From a virus, in UHGV virus genome UHGV-1969024: 44,077 bases of DNA; one strand, written 5' to 3'. The notes under the pieces were generated by a model. The model was not told the origin of the DNA. It made no database searches and saw only the letters and a list, made by a program, of their open reading frames with translations. Made by a program: the position numbers and the translations under genes. Below, piece by piece: positions 10,609-21,431 of this stretch; within the stretch, counting starts at the first letter, position 1, and each line of letters starts with the position of its first letter.

Positions 10609-13600
10609 ATGGCAAATAACATCATTAAAGGGCGCAAGGGTGGCGGCTCAAAGCAGCGTACACCGACGGAACAGCCGGATGATTTACAGTCCGTTGCGAA
10701 AGCCAAAATTCTGCTCGCATTAGGTGAGGGTGAATTTGCAGGTGGTTTAACCGGTAAAGATATTTATCTTGATGGCACCCCGCTTGAAAATGCTGATGGT
10801 TCGCAAAACTTCAGTGGCGTGTCCTGGGAATTTCGCCCCGGCACGCAGGCTCAGACTTATATTCAGGGTATTCCCGGTACTGAAAATGAAATCAGTGTGG
10901 GATTGGAAGTTTCCAGCAAGACAGCCTGGACCCATACCTTTACTAATACCCAGCTTTCTGCCGTTCGTTTTCGTCTGAAATGGCCGTCCCTGATGAAACA
11001 GGAAGATGACGGCGACGTGGTGGGCAATACCGTCAGGTATGCGATTGACCTGCAGACCGACGGCGGCGCCTGGCAGACGGTGCTGGAAACCGCTGTCTCG
11101 GGTAAAACCACCACCGGTTATGAGCGGAGCCATCGTATTGATCTGCCCCAGGCCTGCAGTACTTGGACGCTACGTCTGCGTAAAATCTCTCCGGATGCAA
11201 ACAGTGTCAAAACTGGCGACGTGATGACGCTGCAGAGCTATACCGAAGTGATTGACGCGAAGCTGCGTTATCCCAACACCGCACTGCTTTATATCGAGTT
11301 CGACTCCAGCCAGTTTAATGGCTCCATTCCGCAAATTTCCTGTGAGCCGCGTGGGCGCGTAATCCGGGTGCCGGATAACTACAATCCGGAAACCCGCGAA
11401 TATACCGGCGTCTGGACCGGCGGGTTTAAATGGGCCTGGACGGATAACCCGGCCTGGATCTATTACGACATTGTTATCGCTGACCGTTTTGGTCTCGGTA
11501 ATCGTCTGAGCAGCGCCAATATTTCGAAATGGACGTTGTACCAGATTGCACAGTACTGCGATCAGCTGGTTCCTGACGGGCGCGGTGGTGACGGCATGGA
11601 GCCGCGCTATACCTGTAACGTCTATGTCCAGGAACGCAACGATGCTTACACCGTGCTGCGAGATTTTGCCGCCATCTTCCGGGGCATGACCTGCTGGAAC
11701 GGTGAGCAGATTGTTGTGCTGGCTGATATGCCGCGTGATGTCGATTTTACTTATACGCGCGCCAATATTGTCGGCAAACCCCGTTATTCGAGCAGCAGCA
11801 GCCAGGTTCGGTACACCAACGCCCTGGTTTCCTGGTCTGATCCGGATAATGCTTATGCTGATGCGATGGAGCCTGCGTTTATCCCTGAACTGGTTTCCCG
11901 CTACAGTTTTAACCAGCTCGAAATGACCGCGATTGGCTGTACGCGCCAGAGCGAAGCCCACCGTAAGGGACTGTGGGGCATACTGACCAACAATAAGGAC
12001 CGCATGGTCGAAATTGATGTGGGGCTGGACGGTCGCATTCCTCAACCCGGTTATATCATTGCCCTGGCGGATGAGTTGCTGGCCGGACGGGTCAACGGCG
12101 GGCGAATCAGCGCGGTGAATGGCCGGGTGATTACGCTGGATCGTGATGTGGATGCCAAACCTGGCGACCGCCTCCAGCTAAACCTGCCATCAGGGATCTC
12201 ACAGAGCCGGACCATTCAGGCTGTTAATGGACGCCGACAGATTACGGTCACAACGGCGTACAGTGAGACGCCGGAACGGGAATGCGTCTGGGCCATTGAA
12301 TCCGATGACCTCTTCCTGCAGCAGTACCGGGTTACAGGGGTAAAAGAGAACAACGATGCCACCCTCACGATCACCGGCGTGGCACATGACCCGGATAAAT
12401 TCGCCCGCATCGATACCGGCGCTATTATCGACCAACGCCCGGTTAGCGTATTGCCGGCGGGCAACCAGTCACCTCCTGACGATATTGTCATCACATCCCG
12501 CTCGGTCGTGAATCAGGGGATCAGCGTCGAAACGATGCAGGTTAACTGGTCAGCGGTCAGCGGTGCTATTGCCTACGAGGCGCAGTGGCGCCGTAACGAC
12601 GGGAACTGGATTAATGTGCCGCGCAGCTCGACCACCTCGTTTGAGGTCAGCGGCATCTATGCCGGTCGTTACCTGGTTCGCGTCCGCGCGATCAATGCGG
12701 CGGAGATTTCGAGCGGGTGGGCGTATTCCGAAGAGAAAACCCTGACCGGCAAGGTCGGCGAGCCGCTGGCACCGCTGGCGCTGGCAACCCGTTCGCTGGT
12801 TCATGGGGTCCAGGTTAGCTGGGAGTTCCCGACCGGCTCCGGGGATACGCTGCGCACGGAACTGCAGTACAGCAAAAATCAGGACGGCAGTGCGCCGATG
12901 CCGTTATCAGACGTGGCCTATCCGGGGAAAAGCTATCAGCAGATGGGCCTCAGTATGGGCGCAGAATTCTGGTATCGGGCGCGCCTTGTTGATCGTCTGG
13001 GCAATGAAAGCCCGTGGACCGGCTGGGTCCAGGGGATGGCCAGCGATAACTTTGATGACTACTACGAAAACCTGACTGACGCGATCAAGGATACGGCTGC
13101 CTGGGAGGAAACGCAGCGTACCATTAGCGAAACGCAGGAAGGTATCCGCAATACGCAGCAGGAACTGGAGCAGACCGCTGAAGAGCTGCGTCAGGAAGCC
13201 GCAGATCAGGCGAAGCAGGTCAGCCAGAATATTGATGCATCGGCGAAAAGCATCACTGCTGATGTGAATCAGCAGATAGCAGTTTTGAGCAAGTCGCTTG
13301 CCGACGGCGATGCCGCATTGAATGCGCAGATTAAAACTGCCGAGAATGGCCTGAAGCAGTCGTTGTCTCAGGTCAACACCACGTTAACCAATGCGGTTAA
13401 GCAGGAAACTGCGGATCGTATCGCAGATATTAACGCGAAGGCGGCACAGGCTGCTGATGAACTGCTGGCGGCAACGCAGGGGATTGAGGCGAGTATCGAG
13501 AGCCTGACTCAGGTAATGAAGAGTGCCGATGAAAATCTGGCGCGGGAAATGTCCAGCCTCGCTGCCGGCGCCAATATCCAGTTCGATTCGCAGGTTATCT

Positions 13601-16600
13601 GGCATTTCAACAGTCAGACGACCGAGGGCTGGACCGGCAGCGCCGGCGTACCGGGTGTGTCCCGGGATGGCTGGTTACGCCCTGCGGACAGCGCCACCGA
13701 TCCGTACATTACCTCTCCCGGCGGTCTGGCTGTCGATGGTGCAGCGTACCGCTTCATCATGCTGCGCTTTCGTAAAACCGGCAAACCAGTCTGGGCGGGT
13801 GAGATCCGTTGGGTGTCTGCCGGCGAAAACTTTAATAACACGAAGCGATACATTGTTGCTGAGCCGGAATATGCCGATGGGGTGGCAACCCTGACGGTGC
13901 GTGATATTCCGTGGACAGGGAACATTGATCGTATTCGCCTGGACCTGACGAACCAGCAGGATGCCAGCAACTTTATCGAATTCGACTGGATCGCCGTTGG
14001 CCGGCCAGCACCCGGCGCCAGTACGGCGGCTCTGCAGGATGTGCGCAGTACGCTGAGTAACGCGCTGACCTCCGAAGCACAGGCACGCAGCACGCTGGCG
14101 GCGCAGATGCGTGGCTCCTATGATGGCAGCGATCTGGAGAAAGTCACCTCCGGGCTGCTATACCAGGAAAAAACGGCGCGCGTTACCGCCATCCAGGCGG
14201 AAGTTAAGGCCAGAGAGTCCCTTCAGACGCAGTTTAACGACAACAAAGCTGCTGTTTCTGGTGAACTGAGTTCTCTGACGACAGAGCAGCGCGCGCAGGC
14301 GAGCCGTATCGGTGGTCTGGAAACCAGCCTCGGGAAAAAAGCCGATGCGACCGCGCTGACGTCCCTGACGCAGAAAGTTGAGCAACAGGGCGCCACGCTG
14401 ACATCGCAGGGCGCCGCGTTAACATCACTCACTAACCGGGTGGGCCAGACGGAAACGGGCCTGGCTGGTACGAATGAGGCGCTGAGCGGGCTGCAGTCTG
14501 TTGTTACCCGTCAGGGCGACAGGATAACCAGCCAGGGTCAGTCCATCACAAAACTGACGAGCGATTTGGGCACGACAAATTCCGCGCTGGTGAAGAAAGC
14601 CGAAGCGGCTGCGGTCACTGCCTTAACGCAGCAGGTGGAGCAAAACGGGCGGGATATTCGCAGCAATACTGACAGTATCACCCGCCTGTCGAATCAGCTG
14701 GTCAATGGCCAGCCGAATAGCTGGTCCCGTCGGATCTATCCTGTGCAGCTGGCTAACGCCGTGACAGTCCCGTCATTCAGCGATATTCGCGCCGTGGCGC
14801 CAGTGGTCGTGGATGAGGTGGCCGACGCGACCAGACTGGACTTTACGTCCGCCGGGAGCTATTTGATCGCGCTGTATTCCTGCCAGGTGAAAGTGGCGGC
14901 CGATACCACCATCACAATGACGCCCGGTAACAGGGTTTTTGATGATACCGGTGCTGTATTTGTAAATGGCGTTCAGGTTGCCTGGGGAAACGCCAGCTGG
15001 ACTACCGTCAGTTTTGATCTGAAAGCCGGCTGGAACACAGTTGAGTTTCTGGTGAATCAGTGGGCTGGCCAGGCGTATATCAACCTGGGACTGAAGCTGT
15101 CAGACAAGGTTGCTGAGATGTACTCCGGTCTCGGTGTTTCCGCGCTGGCAAACGCAGCCGGCGTACTCAGCTCGAATGTCAGCCAGATTGGCAACGATGT
15201 GGTCAGCAATTCGCAGAGCATCACCCAGCTCCGGAATGCGCTGACGCAGACAGACGCGAATGTGGCCAGCAAAGCGGATCAGACGGCGATGAACTCCCTA
15301 ACCGGACGAGTGGAGAAGACGGAGTCCGGTCTGACGGCGGCGAACAGCAACATTACGTCGCTCAGCAGCTCTCTGAGCCAGCAATCCAAACGCGGCGCTA
15401 ATCTGCTTCCTGATGGCACTTTTGAAAGTTACGCGGTTGGTCACAATCTGGCGAATAACCGTGCCATCGTGACCACTGACGACTCGCATGGCGGCAATAA
15501 ATGCATTCGTGTGACGCGTCCGAATGACTACAATGCCAATGCAACTGACAACACTGACACCCACATTTTCAGCGGATTCCAGGTTCGCGATAACGCAGTC
15601 TTCTATATGGAATGCTGGGTTAAGCTGGATTCCAGGAGTACCGCTATGGCCGGGAACGTGCAGATTTCCGTCGGCTTATCGCTCCAGTATCAGGACAACT
15701 CCTGGCAGTGGCCGGCAGTTACCAAAGCGGCAAAGGATCTCTCTTCAACTCAATGGACGAAGGTTTCTGGTTACCTGAAATCAACGAAGAGCGGTATTAA
15801 GCAGGCAATGGTCAGGATTTCTATTCCTAACGTTAGCAGCGTTAAGGCGGGTAACTCATTCCTCATTGATGACCTGGTCATTACCGAAGTGACTGATGCC
15901 TACAATGCGCAAAGTACAGCAGATGCTAACGCTAATGCGATTTCGACACTGAACTCGACCGTATCCCAACAGGGCGGCCAGATCACCAGTCAGGGTAACA
16001 GCATCACTAAACTGATAAATGACCTGGCGAAGACTAATAATAACGTCAGCAATAAAGCAGACGCTAATGCTCTGACGGCACTGACCAACCGTGTTACCCA
16101 GACCGAAAAAGACATTAACTCAACGAGTTCTTCTGTCACGAATCTGAACAACAAGGTTGATGCAATTTCTGTCGGCGGTACAAACCTGATCAAGAACTCC
16201 GGCGATATGACCGGCTGGTCGAACGTTGTCAGCGATACGTATCGTGGTAACGCGGTAATTAGCACAACTGTAAAAGCCGGCTCCGGTTACAGGGATTTGC
16301 GGGAAATCACGCTTGAGTCGCCGCTCGATGCAGGGGAGTACGTTTACAGCTTCTATGCGAAAGGCGGCGTTGCTGGCCAGACGATGACGGCGTTCTTCTA
16401 CAATCCGAACACCACAACGTCTATCGAGACCAGCCAGGGTGCGAAAGGTAACAACACTGATGGTCGTGCGCAGTTCACGCTGACCACTTCATGGGCCCGC
16501 TATTGGGTTAAGTGGAAACAGACACCTACCACGGGCACCAAGCGCCTGATTCTGTGCCGTATCGAGAGCAATACCTCCAAAGACCAGACGGTGTACATCA

Positions 16601-19545
16601 ACAGTCCGAAGTTTGAGGTAGGTAACGTTGTTTCCGACTGGAACGAGTCTCCGTCTGATAGCGCCAGTGCGTCGGCTGTGGATTCGCTGACAACGAAAGT
16701 GAATCAGCAAGGCACTTCCATTAGCTCTATCGGAAATCGCACCACATCGTTGGAAAACAGGTTATCGACAGCTCAGAACAACATTGCCAGGAAGGCTGAT
16801 GCTTCTGCATTGCAGGATCTCCGGAACACGGTGACATCTCAGGGGGGCGATTTAACCGCGGCGAACAGTAGCATTACCAGCCTGCAGGCCTCGATGAACC
16901 GTCGCACTGTGTTTACTGTCACTGCACGGGGGAATGGCAACAGCGTAACTCCTGGGGTTTTTGATGAAAGCGGCAAAAACCTGTTTACCCCTGGTCGCAG
17001 CTGGGCACTGGTCACTTTTGCAAAACACAGCAACGGATCAACGGTGATTGCGACATCCAAAACATACGATGTCTTTGGCAGCGCGAATAATGGTGCCACG
17101 ATGTCGGCTGATATCGAGGCGTTGGCCAGTGGCACTTACGTTTGCGTCCTGACATTCGATGAGCCATCTGGCAACCGAGGTAAGATATTGTCTGCTCTGG
17201 AATCTCTTGGTGGTACATCCGAAGTCGTCAACTCCCTGCCGTATCGTGGTGCCTATATTCTCCTTGGCCGCAAAGGCATGAGGCCGGGCGATGGTCTGGA
17301 ACTGCGTGCGCCAACCGGTGGTGACGCCACTGCCCACATTTCGACCTCAGTCGAGTTTGTGAACGGGGTAATGATGGGACTGGGCGCCGCCGGCGGTGTG
17401 ATGATGAAGGCTGATGCGAACGCGTCGGCAATTACCACGCTCCAGAACACAGTGAAGGCCCAGGGGGGTAATATTGACTCCCTGAGTTCCTCGGTAACGG
17501 CGCTGGAGAACAGCCTCAGGTCGACAAACGATACGGTGAGTAAAAAGGCCGACACGTCCGCGGTGAGTTCACTGACCGGTCGCGTAAGCCAGGTGGAAAA
17601 CACCATCACCAGCCAGTCGCAGAGCATCACGTCGCTGACCAGCACCATCAATACCATCCGCACTCAGGGAGCTAATCCGTGGGTTGACGGTACGTTCGAA
17701 AGCTACGGAGATGGTCATGTGCTGGGCGGGGGCGGCACCGCCGTTGTGGTGGAGTCGCAGAAATTCACCGGCAATAAGAGCCTGCAGGTGAGCCGGGGAG
17801 CGAACAATAACGGCAACAGCGATAAACAGCTTGGGAGCTGGCAGTCAGTCCGTGAGGATGCGAAGTTCCGGTTTGAGTTCTGGGCCATGATGCCGGCGGA
17901 TCAGAAACCCTCCTCCGGGTGGACAACGCTGGTCGGTATCAACTCACTGAATGCTGCCGGTCAAAACTCCTGGCAGTCGGCGGTCACTGTCAGCGAAGCC
18001 GCTCTTGGTGCGCGTGATAAGTGGGTGAAATTTACGGGTATTGCCAGTAACAACGGGGGTGGTAGAACACGCGCGGTGGTCTGGATCTCCACCCGTGGCG
18101 CCTCCGGCAGCGGCACCCCCGGTTATTCGCTGTATATCGACGATCTGGTTATCACGGATGTTACCGATGCGAAAGCGGCACAGGATGCCTCTGACGTGAC
18201 GGCGAGTGCCGTAAGCGGTCTGACGGCTCGCGTAACGGATGCCGAAGGGAAAATCACCGCCCAGGCGCAGCAGCAGGCGGCACTGGCCACGAAAGTGGAT
18301 AATGCCAACTCCCGCGTCGATAACATGGCGAAGACGCTGAGCGACAGCCAGAACACACAGGCCAGTCTGAATACCTCGCTTCAGTCGCAGATTGACGCGC
18401 AGGCGGCCGCCAACATCAAAAACCAGACGACGCTGGACAACACGATTAAATCGGTGGCCAGTATCACCAGTACCCAGCAGACGCATGCAACGGCACTGGA
18501 GGCCCTGGCAACGCAGCAGACGACCCTGACATCCAGTGTCGGGGATCTCAGTGCTTCCGTTCAGAATACCGCCAAAACCGTGGCGGCTGTGAATGGTACG
18601 GTGAGTTCTCTGTGGTCGATGAAGGTTGAGACGGTTAACGGGAAGAAGGTTGGCGCGGGGATTACGCTGGGCAGCAATGGTGAAACGAGCGACATTATCC
18701 TTTATGCCGACCGCTTCTCGCTGTTTAACCGTAATAATGCGACGGCTGTTCCGGTGATGGTTGCCGAAGGCAATGAACTGTATATCGATACGGCACGTAT
18801 CAAAAACAGTTCCCTGACCTCAACCAAAATCGCGGACGGTTCCATCACGAACGCGAAGATCGGCAACGAGATCCGCTCGAATGACTTTGTTGACGGGTCA
18901 CGCGGCTGGCGTATCGCTAAGGATGGCTCTTCGCAGTTCAACAACGTGATCGTTCGCGGTGCGGTTTATGCGACTGACGGCTGGTTCCAGGGTACGGTAT
19001 ATGCGAACCACATCGAGGGCGACATCGGGTCATTTGCGATCAACATCGCTCAGCACCGCACGCGCAAGGTGCCGAAGGCTACATGGCAGTGGTTTGAGCT
19101 GGCCCGGTTCCGGCGGCAGAATTTCGACCAGGTGATCAATATTCGCGGTGGACTCCTCCAGACGGATAGCATCACTATCTACGGCGGCGCGAAACTCAGA
19201 GCGGGGATGTCCTACGCGCCAGGGGCTGACGGCGGACTGAATCCTGGCTATCTGTCGTATGCAATGCTTCTTCGTGGCACAGGCGCTACGTCTGGTGGCG
19301 GCAGTATGGAGCTAGGCATTGAGCTTATGTATGAAACAGGTGGAGCAACACGCCTGTTAACGGCGCAAGAGTCAATGAACGTAGACAACATGTCATTTGT
19401 CGTCCCTGCCGGTACTGGCGACGCTGTTCTGCGATATGGCTGTTACCTGGACCGTAACGGACAGATGGTATTAACCATCCTCTCAAGATTCGACGCCTTC
19501 GCCGCGCGCAATAACAACGTAATTAGAGCTGCATCATCTGCTTAA
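10609..19545 (+). CDS. J: Host specificity / central tail fibre protein J, giant (2978 aa), with a large internal modular insertion
   Basis: The N-terminal ~1000 aa are J-like. The C-terminal ~340 aa resemble the lambda J receptor-binding end (SLWSMKVETVNGKKVGAGITLGS...VMVAEGNELYIDTARI...). The middle ~1650 aa hold repeated coiled-coil-like units (...SQGNSITKL...KADANALTALTNRVTQTE...) interleaved with beta-sandwich modules, three of them CBM-like paralogues. Confidence 0.9.
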   Translation: MANNIIKGRKGGGSKQRTPTEQPDDLQSVAKAKILLALGEGEFAGGLTGKDIYLDGTPLENADGSQNFSGVSWEFRPGTQAQTYIQGIPGTENEISVGLEVSSKTAWTHTFTNTQLSAVRFRLKWPSLMKQEDDGDVVGNTVRYAIDLQTDGGAWQTVLETAVSGKTTTGYERSHRIDLPQACSTWTLRLRKISPDANSVKTGDVMTLQSYTEVIDAKLRYPNTALLYIEFDSSQFNGSIPQISCEPRGRVIRVPDNYNPETREYTGVWTGGFKWAWTDNPAWIYYDIVIADRFGLGNRLSSANISKWTLYQIAQYCDQLVPDGRGGDGMEPRYTCNVYVQERNDAYTVLRDFAAIFRGMTCWNGEQIVVLADMPRDVDFTYTRANIVGKPRYSSSSSQVRYTNALVSWSDPDNAYADAMEPAFIPELVSRYSFNQLEMTAIGCTRQSEAHRKGLWGILTNNKDRMVEIDVGLDGRIPQPGYIIALADELLAGRVNGGRISAVNGRVITLDRDVDAKPGDRLQLNLPSGISQSRTIQAVNGRRQITVTTAYSETPERECVWAIESDDLFLQQYRVTGVKENNDATLTITGVAHDPDKFARIDTGAIIDQRPVSVLPAGNQSPPDDIVITSRSVVNQGISVETMQVNWSAVSGAIAYEAQWRRNDGNWINVPRSSTTSFEVSGIYAGRYLVRVRAINAAEISSGWAYSEEKTLTGKVGEPLAPLALATRSLVHGVQVSWEFPTGSGDTLRTELQYSKNQDGSAPMPLSDVAYPGKSYQQMGLSMGAEFWYRARLVDRLGNESPWTGWVQGMASDNFDDYYENLTDAIKDTAAWEETQRTISETQEGIRNTQQELEQTAEELRQEAADQAKQVSQNIDASAKSITADVNQQIAVLSKSLADGDAALNAQIKTAENGLKQSLSQVNTTLTNAVKQETADRIADINAKAAQAADELLAATQGIEASIESLTQVMKSADENLAREMSSLAAGANIQFDSQVIWHFNSQTTEGWTGSAGVPGVSRDGWLRPADSATDPYITSPGGLAVDGAAYRFIMLRFRKTGKPVWAGEIRWVSAGENFNNTKRYIVAEPEYADGVATLTVRDIPWTGNIDRIRLDLTNQQDASNFIEFDWIAVGRPAPGASTAALQDVRSTLSNALTSEAQARSTLAAQMRGSYDGSDLEKVTSGLLYQEKTARVTAIQAEVKARESLQTQFNDNKAAVSGELSSLTTEQRAQASRIGGLETSLGKKADATALTSLTQKVEQQGATLTSQGAALTSLTNRVGQTETGLAGTNEALSGLQSVVTRQGDRITSQGQSITKLTSDLGTTNSALVKKAEAAAVTALTQQVEQNGRDIRSNTDSITRLSNQLVNGQPNSWSRRIYPVQLANAVTVPSFSDIRAVAPVVVDEVADATRLDFTSAGSYLIALYSCQVKVAADTTITMTPGNRVFDDTGAVFVNGVQVAWGNASWTTVSFDLKAGWNTVEFLVNQWAGQAYINLGLKLSDKVAEMYSGLGVSALANAAGVLSSNVSQIGNDVVSNSQSITQLRNALTQTDANVASKADQTAMNSLTGRVEKTESGLTAANSNITSLSSSLSQQSKRGANLLPDGTFESYAVGHNLANNRAIVTTDDSHGGNKCIRVTRPNDYNANATDNTDTHIFSGFQVRDNAVFYMECWVKLDSRSTAMAGNVQISVGLSLQYQDNSWQWPAVTKAAKDLSSTQWTKVSGYLKSTKSGIKQAMVRISIPNVSSVKAGNSFLIDDLVITEVTDAYNAQSTADANANAISTLNSTVSQQGGQITSQGNSITKLINDLAKTNNNVSNKADANALTALTNRVTQTEKDINSTSSSVTNLNNKVDAISVGGTNLIKNSGDMTGWSNVVSDTYRGNAVISTTVKAGSGYRDLREITLESPLDAGEYVYSFYAKGGVAGQTMTAFFYNPNTTTSIETSQGAKGNNTDGRAQFTLTTSWARYWVKWKQTPTTGTKRLILCRIESNTSKDQTVYINSPKFEVGNVVSDWNESPSDSASASAVDSLTTKVNQQGTSISSIGNRTTSLENRLSTAQNNIARKADASALQDLRNTVTSQGGDLTAANSSITSLQASMNRRTVFTVTARGNGNSVTPGVFDESGKNLFTPGRSWALVTFAKHSNGSTVIATSKTYDVFGSANNGATMSADIEALASGTYVCVLTFDEPSGNRGKILSALESLGGTSEVVNSLPYRGAYILLGRKGMRPGDGLELRAPTGGDATAHISTSVEFVNGVMMGLGAAGGVMMKADANASAITTLQNTVKAQGGNIDSLSSSVTALENSLRSTNDTVSKKADTSAVSSLTGRVSQVENTITSQSQSITSLTSTINTIRTQGANPWVDGTFESYGDGHVLGGGGTAVVVESQKFTGNKSLQVSRGANNNGNSDKQLGSWQSVREDAKFRFEFWAMMPADQKPSSGWTTLVGINSLNAAGQNSWQSAVTVSEAALGARDKWVKFTGIASNNGGGRTRAVVWISTRGASGSGTPGYSLYIDDLVITDVTDAKAAQDASDVTASAVSGLTARVTDAEGKITAQAQQQAALATKVDNANSRVDNMAKTLSDSQNTQASLNTSLQSQIDAQAAANIKNQTTLDNTIKSVASITSTQQTHATALEALATQQTTLTSSVGDLSASVQNTAKTVAAVNGTVSSLWSMKVETVNGKKVGAGITLGSNGETSDIILYADRFSLFNRNNATAVPVMVAEGNELYIDTARIKNSSLTSTKIADGSITNAKIGNEIRSNDFVDGSRGWRIAKDGSSQFNNVIVRGAVYATDGWFQGTVYANHIEGDIGSFAINIAQHRTRKVPKATWQWFELARFRRQNFDQVINIRGGLLQTDSITIYGGAKLRAGMSYAPGADGGLNPGYLSYAMLLRGTGATSGGGSMELGIELMYETGGATRLLTAQESMNVDNMSFVVPAGTGDAVLRYGCYLDRNGQMVLTILSRFDAFAARNNNVIRAASSA

Positions 19546-19550
19546 ATCAT

Positions 19551-19577
19551 GGCCCCGCAAGGGGCCTTTTCTTTTTC
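19551..19577 (+). terminator. Rho-independent terminator after J
   Basis: ggccccgcaaggggcc hairpin plus a T-rich run. Confidence 0.55.
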
Positions 19578-19607
19578 CAGGGAAGAGCATCCAGGAGGAA
19601 CTTTATT

Positions 19608-21128
19608 ATGGCGATGTATGAAGTCGGCACCGTCACGGGTGCAGCGTCGCAAGCACGGGTGACAGGTGCGACAACAAAATGGTCACAGGTGGCGCTGGGG
19701 ATACTGCCCGGGTCGATTCTGGTGGTCTACCGCAGCGGTAGTGCTGACCTGTATGCGATCAAATCTGTGGACAGCGACACGCAACTGACGCTGACCCGGA
19801 ATATCACCACCGCATTTTCCGGTGCCTCTTACGGCATTATTACAGCTGAAACCGCCAGCACCTCGTCGTTTGCTAACCAGCTGGCCAGCGCGTTTGCATT
19901 CTGGCGTAGTGTAGTGGAGGGCTGGTCGATGGCCCTGACCGGCAGCGGCAATATTACCCTGACTGACCCGATCACAGGAAAGCAGGTGACCGTGCCGGCG
20001 ATAGCCGGGATGGCGAAAGCATCGGATCTTAACGCGCTGGCAAAACTCACCGGAGGAAACAACCTCGCCGGCTCGCAAATTATAACTAGCGATAATTCCG
20101 GTTTTATTTTGGGCAGGAACTCAGATCTGGCTCTGCTTAAAAAACAAGGGCAAGGCGGGACAATTGCCGTCGGCTCGGGAACACCGTTCAGGGTTCAGCG
20201 TTCAAGAGCGACCACTGTATCACCGTCAGAAACCTATGATGACATCCTCGTTATTGGCACCAATAACCAGACGACGTTGCCCGGAGATTTGGTTGTCGGT
20301 GGTGGTTTCGATAATACGGCAAAGGGCAAGCTGTATTCCCAGGCGTTAGAGCTGTCGATGGGCACTCCGTACATCGATTTTCACCATAACAAAAGTGCTA
20401 ACGACTACACCGCACGCCTCATCACCACCTCTGCAGACCAGCTGAGTGTGCAGGGAAGCCATCTACGGGTAGACAGAGACCTGCGGGTGGGGCAAGCGGC
20501 CGACATCGGCAGCTGGATACAGTGTCGCTATGACTGTGTGTCGCAGCGGAGCGACTTCGGTTCCCCTGCCATTGGCTCGTTAGTTTCCGGGGGCAGAGTT
20601 CGGTCCCGCATATCAGGGCGCGGAGGAAACGGGGACACATCAGGAGCGTGGGGGGGATTCTACCTTGAGGAGTACGTAGGCACTGAGCACCGGATCGTTC
20701 TGTACATGGATGGGTTCGGCAGGACGGACGCGTGGACCTTCCGCTCTGGCGGTGCCGTCTCCACCCCGAAGGGGGATGTCATGACCACTGGATCAGACGT
20801 GCGGCTGAAAGAGGGTTTTACGGAAGCTCCTCAAAATGCGCTGCAGCGCGTTGGAAGGTTAGGGGTGTGCGAGTATCAGATGAAAGGAGAAAACCGGCGA
20901 CGCAGGGGATTTATCGCGCAGCAGGCTGACACCGTGGACACAACTTACACCTTCATGGGATGTGAACAGGAGATCGATGGGGAAAAGTTTCAGGTAATGA
21001 ACGTGGACTATGTAGCCATCATTGCTGATCTTGTTTCGTCAGTGCAGGAGCTTAGAAAGCAGCTTTCTGATTTAATGGAAATGAATAAACAAATTAATTG
21101 TCACAGTACCGGTGCGCTTAATCAATAG
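19608..21128 (+). CDS. Side tail fibre protein with C-terminal intramolecular chaperone (peptidase S74-type) domain
   Basis: 506 aa. Strong RBS caggagga. C-terminal GSDVRLKEGF...GFIAQQ...VNVDYVAIIADL matches the S-D-x-R-x-K autoproteolytic chaperone motif of endosialidase and T5 pb1-type fibres. Confidence 0.8.
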   Translation: MAMYEVGTVTGAASQARVTGATTKWSQVALGILPGSILVVYRSGSADLYAIKSVDSDTQLTLTRNITTAFSGASYGIITAETASTSSFANQLASAFAFWRSVVEGWSMALTGSGNITLTDPITGKQVTVPAIAGMAKASDLNALAKLTGGNNLAGSQIITSDNSGFILGRNSDLALLKKQGQGGTIAVGSGTPFRVQRSRATTVSPSETYDDILVIGTNNQTTLPGDLVVGGGFDNTAKGKLYSQALELSMGTPYIDFHHNKSANDYTARLITTSADQLSVQGSHLRVDRDLRVGQAADIGSWIQCRYDCVSQRSDFGSPAIGSLVSGGRVRSRISGRGGNGDTSGAWGGFYLEEYVGTEHRIVLYMDGFGRTDAWTFRSGGAVSTPKGDVMTTGSDVRLKEGFTEAPQNALQRVGRLGVCEYQMKGENRRRRGFIAQQADTVDTTYTFMGCEQEIDGEKFQVMNVDYVAIIADLVSSVQELRKQLSDLMEMNKQINCHSTGALNQ

Positions 21129-21200
21129 CTATAAAAAGCATTGATCAAATTTCTGAAAAATAATACTGTGCATAAATATAGTTATTATGAGAGTGAAATT

Positions 21201-21431
21201 ATGCCGCGGAACTCAGATTTCGAAAAGGCCTGGCGTCACGCAATAGTTATTGAGCCAAATGGTCGCCGTGCAGTGACAACCTCCGGGTTTATTCGTGAAT
21301 TCGCAAAAGTTAACTGGATATGGTCACCTCGCCAAGCTAACGAGTGGATAGAGCATTATGTGACGGCCTTCCGTGATGTCTCAACGCAGGAAGGCGATGA
21401 GCGAACGTTCCAGCTATACAACCCGGACTGA
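21201..21431 (+). CDS. Hypothetical protein (76 aa)
   Basis: ORF from the ATG after RBS gagagtgaaatt. The upstream part of the track ORF is AT-rich and promoter-like. No recognised motif. Confidence 0.4.
   Translation: MPRNSDFEKAWRHAIVIEPNGRRAVTTSGFIREFAKVNWIWSPRQANEWIEHYVTAFRDVSTQEGDERTFQLYNPD

Noticed and set aside
13000-18600. Periodic sequence repeats inside J, checked as a possible CRISPR array
   Set aside because: The repeats are protein-coding coiled-coil units and domain paralogues, diverged at the DNA level. There are no short identical direct repeats with unique spacers.
10747-19000. Many 60-180-aa ORFs antisense or out of frame within J, and similarly within H, the terminase and other long genes
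   Set aside because: They are fully nested in long, well-supported genes of a GC-rich backbone where random ORFs are expected. No independent support.
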